Source: a virus
Lineage: Duplodnaviria > Caudoviricetes
Virus record (IMG/VR): IMGVR_UViG_3300022876_000113
Location: 1 to 26,476 of that record
Direction: 5' to 3' (one strand)
Length of the DNA: 26,476 nt
A program made the translations under genes and the position numbers. The notes below the pieces were generated by a model that saw nothing but the letters and a program-made list of their open reading frames with translations, did no database searches and was not told the origin of the DNA. Position 1 is the stretch's first letter. Each line of letters starts with the position of its first letter. Shown here in pieces: positions 16,169-22,779 of this stretch.

Positions 16169-16801
16169 GTGCGACGAATTAATGGTTGGAATGTAGTTTG
16201 GCTGTTGATCGCGGCACTGTGTGCCTTTGCGGCGTCCTTCTGGATCGGTTTTGATCCCATCAATGTAATGGTGGACAAAGAAGCCGGCCAGGTATGGCCT
16301 GCATGGGTACAGGCACTCGGCAGTATTGCAGCGATAGTCGCAGCCGCTTTGATTGCTTATTTGCAAAGACGCTCGGAAAACCTTGAGAAGAAAAACGAAA
16401 GCCTCGCCCGAGAAAGGAGCATGGCTTCTTTTCTTTATAAGGATTTCGCTCGCTGGAGAGAAAAGGCTGCAGATGTAATGGGGCCTGTCGTCATGTTCGG
16501 GGTTGACAACTACGCAATACCGCAAAACATCTACGACCATATGCGTGACTTGCACATCATCGGACCAACAGCGTCGGAAGCCGCGACTAAGGCGATAGGC
16601 GCGTCCTTGGTTGCGCGGACGGTGGGTCGAAGTGGTAATGACGACACGAAGCGCTACCTGAAAGATCAGGATTCCGTCGACCAGTACAACACGCAGCTGA
16701 CAATCATCCGCGAGAGCTGTTCGAAAGTTCTCGATCACTTCGACGAGCTTCTTGGCATCCGTCATCAGCCAAATGATCACGCGGCCTCCGCAAAGTCGTG
16801 A
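16169..16801 (+). CDS. Counter-oriented membrane protein (two N-terminal TMs), moron
   Basis: 210 aa, lower GC; hydrophobic VVWLLIAALCAFAASFWIGF and WPAWVQALGSIAAIVAAALIAYL; TACAAT at 16136-16141. Confidence 0.75.
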   Translation: MRRINGWNVVWLLIAALCAFAASFWIGFDPINVMVDKEAGQVWPAWVQALGSIAAIVAAALIAYLQRRSENLEKKNESLARERSMASFLYKDFARWREKAADVMGPVVMFGVDNYAIPQNIYDHMRDLHIIGPTASEAATKAIGASLVARTVGRSGNDDTKRYLKDQDSVDQYNTQLTIIRESCSKVLDHFDELLGIRHQPNDHAASAKS

Positions 16802-17181
16802 GGATTGAATCCCAGCCCTAGCAGAACCGTGTCCGACCAGCGCACCGGCCGCGCGCGCAAACCCTGCTCTTCCGGGTGGTCGCCGATCTGCACCAGGACT
16901 GTGATGGCATCGCACGCGAGCGACTTCGTCAGCTTCAGGCTGGATCCGCCGAGCATGATGTGACCCGGCGCGCCCTGGCCCCGGTCGATCGCCGGCATCA
17001 GGCGCCATCCCAGCATCGTGCCGGCCACCATGTGGCGCCAGTCGTCCTTGGTCAGGCGCTGGCCGTGCCAGGACAGGCCAGCGGCCAGGTCGCCGCAGAT
17101 GGCGTTGAGCATGCGCTGTTGCTTGGGGGTCATCATCCCCTCGCCGCGCTGTTGCCAGTCTTCGGGGCAGATGCCACTCAA
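16777..17181 (-). CDS. NinB-like recombination protein
   Basis: QQRMLNAICGDLA, WHGQRLTKDDWRHM, MLGGSSLKL. Confidence 0.7.
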   Translation of the reverse strand: MSGICPEDWQQRGEGMMTPKQQRMLNAICGDLAAGLSWHGQRLTKDDWRHMVAGTMLGWRLMPAIDRGQGAPGHIMLGGSSLKLTKSLACDAITVLVQIGDHPEEQGLRARPVRWSDTVLLGLGFNPHDFAEAA

Positions 17182-17561
17182 GGCTGCACCTCCGGGCGGG
17201 CGGCGCTGACAGCCTTCTCCAGCGCCTCAGCAGAGGCGATCAGAGTTTTGCGCTCCAGCGGTCGAGCCGAACGCGACGCTTTCTCACGCAAGCCAGTTGC
17301 AACCCGCAGCACGGCGCGCTCCGGCACATAGCCCTCGGGCGGCGTGAGGGCGGCGCGGGTGTTCCACGCCTGCACGGTGTCCGGCTCATACCCCGGGCAA
17401 CTGGATATCCCTTCGCACTCGCATTCGGTGCAGTGCACCTTCTGCCATTCAACGATGGCATGGCTCCACAGCTCCTCATCCTGCCAATTTCTGATGGCTG
17501 CATCACCGCCACAGAAAGGACATGCCAGCAGCTCCCGCGCCCTCTTCTCGATGTCGCTCAT
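17178..17561 (-). CDS. Lar-like restriction alleviation zinc-finger protein
   Basis: LACPFCGG...VHCTEC...AWNTR. Confidence 0.7.
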   Translation of the reverse strand: MSDIEKRARELLACPFCGGDAAIRNWQDEELWSHAIVEWQKVHCTECECEGISSCPGYEPDTVQAWNTRAALTPPEGYVPERAVLRVATGLREKASRSARPLERKTLIASAEALEKAVSAARPEVQP

Positions 17562-17749
17562 GCGGCCACTCCCAATCTGATTTCGTAGTCCCGCTGATCC
17601 CAGCCGGCCTCCCATTCCTTTCGCTGCAGTCGACCGGGCTCTCCCATCTCGAACAGCGGTACTGCGCTTCGCGGCTTGTGGGCCTCGCGCATGTAGCGGC
17701 CGGCCTGACGCGCCCGGCGCAGCAGTTCCTGATCGACCTCAGGCTGCAT
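17558..17749 (-). CDS. Hypothetical protein (63 aa)
   Basis: Overlaps both neighbours; GGAGG SD; WEAGW motif. Confidence 0.7.
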   Translation of the reverse strand: MQPEVDQELLRRARQAGRYMREAHKPRSAVPLFEMGEPGRLQRKEWEAGWDQRDYEIRLGVAA

Positions 17750-18131
17750 GGCGCACCTCCGGTGTCTCTTCGACGGCGGCGGCCGGCTCGTCCGCGGCGA
17801 CCGCCACGTTGAGCTCGCGCGCGATGTCGTCCATGTGCTTGGCGACCTGCTCGCGCGTCGCCGGCACTGCCTCGCGCACCTGGTGCTCGATCTCGGCCAC
17901 CGGTGCCGCCGGCAGCTCGCCGCCGCGCATCACGAATTCCTTTGCCCGGTTGTAGGCGGCCTGCAGCAGCTTGTCGGCCTTCTCGGCGCTCGCCAGCCGG
18001 TAGCGGTGGCCGTCCAGGTACTGCCACACCAGCCGGGTGAAGCCGTCCTGCTGGCCCGCATCGGCACGCACAGCGTCGAACGGCGGGATGCCCAGGCACA
18101 TCATCCGGAACTGAGGCAGCGTCGGCGGCCA
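17739..18131 (-). pseudogene. 3' remnant of replication protein P-like gene
   Basis: Begins at WPPTLPQFRMMC; sequence upstream belongs to the opposite-strand operon. Confidence 0.7.
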
Positions 18132-18171
18132 TCGCCTTCGGCCACCGGCTGTTTGGGTTGGAGTGCTGATC

Positions 18172-18534
18172 ATGGCCTCCGTCATGGAACAGCATCCCGA
18201 GGCTGAGGTCCGGCGCTTGCGCAAGAACCTCAACACTCTGCAGGGCAACCTGCGCAACACCGGCCTCAACATGCCTGGTGCTGACACCGCCTACCGCGCG
18301 GCCATCTTTGTCGGCGCTGATGCCGAGCAGGCATGGGAAGCGGCCCGCCGCCACGAGCTGGTGATGCTGGGCTTTGCAGACGAGATCGAAGAGCCGAAAG
18401 GCCTCAGCTTCCCGTCTCCCCGGAACTCGATCGACCAACGCCGCGCGGCACGCCAGCGGCAGATCGATAGCGTGCGCGCCTTGGTCAACCCGTTCTCGCT
18501 GGCCGCCCCGCTCAGCCTGGAGCGTGCTGCATGA
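18172..18534 (+). CDS. Hypothetical protein (120 aa)
   Basis: GGAG SD, ATGA overlap with next gene. Confidence 0.7.
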   Translation: MASVMEQHPEAEVRRLRKNLNTLQGNLRNTGLNMPGADTAYRAAIFVGADAEQAWEAARRHELVMLGFADEIEEPKGLSFPSPRNSIDQRRAARQRQIDSVRALVNPFSLAAPLSLERAA

Positions 18535-18743
18535 GCGCCCAAGTCCTCGCCTTCCCTGTCCAGACCAACAGCCAGAGATACCTGCTGGAGAGCGTGCGAG
18601 CCGTTGCCGCCCGCTCCGGTCTGGACGTCAACGAGACAGCCCGCGAGTTCGTCGCGGCCGGCTGCTCCAAGGAAGCCCAGAACCGCATCTGGGAGCGCGC
18701 GCGCCGCAAGCGCATGGCACTGATCTACGGAGGTGACGCATGA
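18531..18743 (+). CDS. Hypothetical protein (70 aa)
   Basis: ATGA overlaps at both ends. Confidence 0.7.
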   Translation: MSAQVLAFPVQTNSQRYLLESVRAVAARSGLDVNETAREFVAAGCSKEAQNRIWERARRKRMALIYGGDA

Positions 18744-18877
18744 AGTCGGATTTCAACCCGCGAGTGGAAGGCTTGAAGGATCTCGGGATCTACCTCGGCA
18801 TGTTCGTCTGCTGCGCGGGGCTGGGTGCCATCGGCTGCCTCATCGCGCAGGACCTGGCAAGGGTGAGTATCCCATGA
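18740..18877 (+). CDS. Small membrane protein (45 aa), absent from ORF track
   Basis: GGAGGT SD; MKSDFNPRVEGLKDLGIYLGMFVCCAGLGAIGCLIAQDLARVSIP; ATGA overlaps at both ends. Confidence 0.7.
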   Translation: MKSDFNPRVEGLKDLGIYLGMFVCCAGLGAIGCLIAQDLARVSIP

Positions 18878-19146
18878 GCCGCCATCCGATTCGCCTGCTT
18901 GTGCCGGCCTTCATCTGCGTCGTTGTCTTCGGATTCTGCGTCGCGCTCCTGGCCCGCGCCGTCTACACCCACGCCGACAGCTTCGCTCTGGTCGGCGGTG
19001 TGGGCGCCCTCTTCTTCGGCTGCCGCACCGTCACCGAGGCCCGCCAGGTCTGGCGGCAGTTCGTCGCCCAGCTCCAACAGCGCCGGTCCATGCGCCGCGC
19101 AGCACCCCTGACCCGCATCAACCTGCCCAAGGAAGACATTCAATGA
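18874..19146 (+). CDS. Small membrane protein (90 aa, two TMs)
   Basis: MSRHPIRLLVPAFICVVVFGF...; ATGA overlaps at both ends. Confidence 0.7.
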   Translation: MSRHPIRLLVPAFICVVVFGFCVALLARAVYTHADSFALVGGVGALFFGCRTVTEARQVWRQFVAQLQQRRSMRRAAPLTRINLPKEDIQ

Positions 19147-19982
19147 GCACCGCCGCCGAATCCCAGAGCGCCCTGGTTACGCAGCCGCGCCAGCAGTTCG
19201 ATCTCAGCCCACAGACTTTCGAGCAGGCCCTGACCTTCGCCGACTACCTCGCCGACAGCGACCTCGTGCCGAAGGACTTCAAGGGTAAGCCCGCAAATTG
19301 CCTGATTGCGATGCAGTGGGGTGCCGAGCTGGGCCTGAAGCCGCTGCAGGCGCTCCAGAACCTCGCGATCATCAACGGCCGTCCCGCTCTGTGGGGTGAT
19401 GCTGTGATCGCGCTGGTCCGCAGCTCGCCGCTGTGCGATTACATCTCCGAGGCGGACGACGGTCACACCGCTGTCTGCCGGGTGAAGCGCCGCGGCGAAG
19501 CCGAGGAGGTCCGCACCTTCAGCATGGACGACGCCAAGGTGGCCGGCTTGGTCGGCAAAGCTGGCCCTTGGACGCAGTACCCGAAGCGCATGCGCCAGAT
19601 GCGCGCCCGTGCTTTTGCCCTGCGCGACGTGTTCGCGGACGTGCTGCGCGGCATGCCGATCGCCGAAGAAATCATGGACATCCCGGGCTCCGGCGATCCG
19701 GGTCGCGGGGCGATCGAAGGCAAGGTTGAAAAGGCCGAGAAGGCTCTCCCGCTCTACTCGGAAGCCGATTTCAGCGCGAACCTGCCGAAGTGGTGGGACA
19801 TCATCGCCAGCGGCAAAAAATCCGCCGAGGACCTGATCGCGACGCTGCAGACCAAAGCTCGGTTCACCGCAGATCAGCTGAAGCAAATCAGGAACCCGCC
19901 GACCGATGAAGACGAAGGCGAGCCCCAGAGCGACGTTGCCGCTGCTGCTGGCGGCCTGACCCAGACTGCAGTGGAGCGCTGA
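19143..19982 (+). CDS. RecT-family single-strand annealing protein
   Basis: SDLVPKDFKGKPANC, GAELGLKPLQAL, INGRPALWGD, PWTQYPKRM, FALRDVFADVL. Confidence 0.85.
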   Translation: MSTAAESQSALVTQPRQQFDLSPQTFEQALTFADYLADSDLVPKDFKGKPANCLIAMQWGAELGLKPLQALQNLAIINGRPALWGDAVIALVRSSPLCDYISEADDGHTAVCRVKRRGEAEEVRTFSMDDAKVAGLVGKAGPWTQYPKRMRQMRARAFALRDVFADVLRGMPIAEEIMDIPGSGDPGRGAIEGKVEKAEKALPLYSEADFSANLPKWWDIIASGKKSAEDLIATLQTKARFTADQLKQIRNPPTDEDEGEPQSDVAAAAGGLTQTAVER

Positions 19983-19984
19983 CC

Positions 19985-20146
19985 ATGAAGATCGTGAACC
20001 TGATTCAGGGCACCCCTGAATGGCACGCCCACCGCGCCCAGCACTTCAATGCCAGCGACGCGCCGGCGATGCTCGGGGCATCCACCAACCAGATCCGCGT
20101 CCTCCGAGGCGCAGCCAACGGCCAGGGCTACCCGCTCGCCGCCTGA
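19985..20146 (+). pseudogene. YqaJ-like exonuclease remnant (53 codons)
   Basis: QGTPEWHAHR...FNASDAPAMLG N-terminus only; catalytic PD-(D/E)XK core absent. Confidence 0.8.
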
Positions 20147-20239
20147 GTCCCCTGCCTGTCGCCCGCCTCCCCTGTAGGGCGACAGGAACCCGCGCCGGCC
20201 GGGCAAAGCCGGACCTCATTCCAACCTTCGGAGCTACCC

Positions 20240-20515
20240 ATGGCAATGCGCATCGATATGCAGGACGTCGAGTCCTCCCAGATACACAGCATCGGGCACG
20301 ACCCGGCCACCAACACCCTGGCGGTCCGCTTCTACCGCGGCTCAGGCGACAAGCGCGGCCCCGGCTCGCTCTACCACTACGCCAACTTCGACGCCGCCGA
20401 CTTCGCCGCCTTCAAGGCCGCCGACTCGGTCGGCAGCTACTTCGGCAAGAACATCAAGTCGTGCCCCCACAAGTACCCGTTCAAGGCCATCGCCGAAACC
20501 ACCTCCGCCGCCTGA
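20240..20515 (+). CDS. KTSC domain protein
   Basis: VESSQIHSIGHD...LAVRF...YHY...ADSVGSYF..NIK. Confidence 0.85.
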   Translation: MAMRIDMQDVESSQIHSIGHDPATNTLAVRFYRGSGDKRGPGSLYHYANFDAADFAAFKAADSVGSYFGKNIKSCPHKYPFKAIAETTSAA

Positions 20516-20540
20516 TCGGCCGCCAGCTCAAGGACCGCCC

Positions 20541-21449
20541 ATGTTTTTCCGAAACCTGATCATGTTCCGCTTTCCGCCGGCCACTGACCTGGACGAGGTG
20601 GAGACCCTGCTTCCGCAGGTCCAGCTCAAGCCCGTTGGCCCGCTGGAGATGTGCTCTCGCGGCTTCATCTCACCCTTCGGCCGCGAGGAGAAAGAAGCGC
20701 TGTCGCATCGCATCGGCGGGTGGCTGTGGCTGACCGTCGGCAGCGAGGACAGGATGCTGCCCGGCGCCGTCGTCAACAACAAGCTGGCCGAGAAGATAGA
20801 GCACATCGAGGCGAGCGAAGGGCGCAAGCCGGGCGGCCGTGAGCGCAAGCGCATCAAAGACGACCTACTGCACGAGCTCATGCCCCAGGCCTTCGTGAAG
20901 ACCGTTCGGACCGATGTGTTCCTGGACAGCGAGCGCGGCGTCGCCTTCGTGGATACCAGCAGCCGCCGGACCGGCGAGAACGTGATGTCTGACCTACGCG
21001 CCCTGCTGGGCAGCTTCCCGGCTATGCCGCTGAACGCCGAAGTCGCGCCACGCTCCGTGCTGACCGGCTGGATTGCGGGTGAAGCGCTACCGACCGGCCT
21101 CAGCTTGGGCGAAGAGTGCGAGATGAAGGACCCGGCCGAGGGCGGCGCAGTGGTCAAGTGCCAGCACCAGGAACTGCGCTGCGATGAGATCGATCGCCAT
21201 CTGGACGCAGGCAAGCAGGTAACCAAGCTCGCCCTGGTGCTGCAGGACAACCTGTCCTTCGTCCTGGCCGATGACCTGACCGTGCGGAAGCTCAAGTTCT
21301 TGGATGGCGCACTGGACCAGCTGGATCACGCCGATTCCGATGGACGCCGCGCGGAACTGGACGCCCGCTTCGCACTGCAGAAGGGCGAGCTGGGGTTGTT
21401 GTTCGACGCGCTGGCCGATGCATTCCGTGTCAGCAAGGTCGAGGGCTGA
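20541..21449 (+). CDS. rdgC: Recombination-associated protein RdgC
   Basis: MFFRNLIMFRF, GFISPFG, LLHELMPQAF, HLDAGKQVTKLAL, KLKFLD; 302 aa. Confidence 0.93.
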   Translation: MFFRNLIMFRFPPATDLDEVETLLPQVQLKPVGPLEMCSRGFISPFGREEKEALSHRIGGWLWLTVGSEDRMLPGAVVNNKLAEKIEHIEASEGRKPGGRERKRIKDDLLHELMPQAFVKTVRTDVFLDSERGVAFVDTSSRRTGENVMSDLRALLGSFPAMPLNAEVAPRSVLTGWIAGEALPTGLSLGEECEMKDPAEGGAVVKCQHQELRCDEIDRHLDAGKQVTKLALVLQDNLSFVLADDLTVRKLKFLDGALDQLDHADSDGRRAELDARFALQKGELGLLFDALADAFRVSKVEG

Positions 21450-21451
21450 TC

Positions 21452-22387
21452 ATGGCATCTGAAAACTACAAGGCACCTTCCGTTACCCAATCCGCAGAGC
21501 TGGCCGAGCAGCAGGGGGTGAACGGCTGGGATATCGCCGAGAAGGTGCGCGCCGACTTGGATCGGCAGTCATGCCCTGACGCCTACATGCGCATCGCAGT
21601 CGAGTCGGTCGTGAAGCACCTCGCCGCAACTGGCAAGCAGAAGGTAGGCGAGGTGCAGGGGGAGGATGCTGTGGGCGACCAGTTGTTGGATGAGCTGCGA
21701 GACGTTGAGGACTATTTCAACGACGTGGAGCCGAATCCGATTCATCTGGCAACGGTGCAGGCGGCTATCTCCGCCCTCGCCGCAACTGGCAAGCAGCAGG
21801 GTGGCGAGGTGCGGGGGGATGCGCGGGCGCAGTTTGAGGCGTGGGCTTTGAGACGGGGTCTCAGCCTGGTTCGCGATCAGCACTACTCGGGCCGCCAATA
21901 CTACGCTTACAACGATGTTGAACTGGCGTTTGAAGCGTACCAAGCCGCCCTCGCCGCCCGCCAGCCGGGGGCGCAGGTGCCGGTCGAGCTGGCTTGTGTT
22001 GCTGAGACCTTGGCGCACGGCGAAGGGCTGTGGATGACGTGTTCGGGGTGCCACGAAAGCAATGAGGGCGTGCCGACAGGTCCATACAGCCAGATCATGC
22101 AGTGCCACCTCGGCAACGGCTGCGACGAATGCGGCGGGATCGGAGCCACCTGGGATACCACTGACTACCAGCAGATGGCGGATGGAATGTCGAAATCTCT
22201 CGCCGCCCCGCCCGCGCAGGGCATCGACTTGGGGCAGTTCCGCGAGGCGGTTGAGGCGCAGCACGCGGCCCTGATGAGTTCGTGGTGTGGTGACCCTGAG
22301 ACCAAGGACGCAGCAGATCAGCAGCGTGACCGACTGCTGGCCCTGATCGACCAGCGCGATGCAGCGCCGGGGGTGGGCAATGGCTGA
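21452..22387 (+). CDS. Modular hypothetical protein with repeated linkers and a CxxC-CxxC module
   Basis: 311 aa; LAATGKQxxGEVxG twice; CSGC...CDECGG. Confidence 0.75.
   Translation: MASENYKAPSVTQSAELAEQQGVNGWDIAEKVRADLDRQSCPDAYMRIAVESVVKHLAATGKQKVGEVQGEDAVGDQLLDELRDVEDYFNDVEPNPIHLATVQAAISALAATGKQQGGEVRGDARAQFEAWALRRGLSLVRDQHYSGRQYYAYNDVELAFEAYQAALAARQPGAQVPVELACVAETLAHGEGLWMTCSGCHESNEGVPTGPYSQIMQCHLGNGCDECGGIGATWDTTDYQQMADGMSKSLAAPPAQGIDLGQFREAVEAQHAALMSSWCGDPETKDAADQQRDRLLALIDQRDAAPGVGNG
21619..21817 (+). repeat. Imperfect ~43-bp direct repeat (21619 and 21775) with 22-bp exact core
   Basis: CCTCGCCGCAACTGGCAAGCAG at 21619-21640 and 21775-21796. Confidence 0.9.
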
Positions 22388-22397
22388 CCGCTGCTGG

Positions 22398-22691
22398 TCA
22401 ACCGATCGGACGGCCCCAAATGGACTTGACGCCAACGGGCGCATGTCGAGGCGCATCGCTTCCAGCAAGCGTCTTTGCAGTCTCAAGAGCCTCGGCCAGA
22501 GCCGCAGCTTCATCTATGAATTCGAAGCCTGTGTATCCCGCGTTGTCCTCGTCGTCTCCCCGCGTGACCTTGACGTTTTCAATGGTCGCACCGTCCGGCC
22601 AAATATTGAGATCGATGACGTACTCGGCATCCAGCACTTTTCCGGTGTGACTAACAAAATTGCTACCCGCGTTGCTGTCCAGATTCTTCAT
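22398..22691 (-). CDS. Counter-oriented small acidic protein, moron (alternative start 22781)
   Basis: Lower GC insert; minus-strand TTGGCT-17 bp-TAATTT at 22758-22730 favours ATG 22691 (97 aa). Confidence 0.6.
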   Translation of the reverse strand: MKNLDSNAGSNFVSHTGKVLDAEYVIDLNIWPDGATIENVKVTRGDDEDNAGYTGFEFIDEAAALAEALETAKTLAGSDAPRHAPVGVKSIWGRPIG

Positions 22692-22779
22692 TTCGCTGAT
22701 CTCGTTGAGATGGATTCCCTTGTGGAACCAAATTACCTCAGCTGCAAGGCGAAGCCAAATCAATTGCAAGGGACTATCC

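Noticed and set aside
17739-18287. 182-aa ORF as a complete gene
   Set aside because: First ~50 codons are antisense of the plus-strand operon, joined by the deletion
21619-22206. CRISPR array or DGR template/variable repeats
   Set aside because: Repeats are few, degenerate, in frame and irregularly spaced; no cas or reverse transcriptase gene in the window
22660-22779. Extended methyltransferase start at 22660
   Set aside because: Lies within the moron insert; ATG 22780 has an AAGGGA SD and matches the duplicated junction
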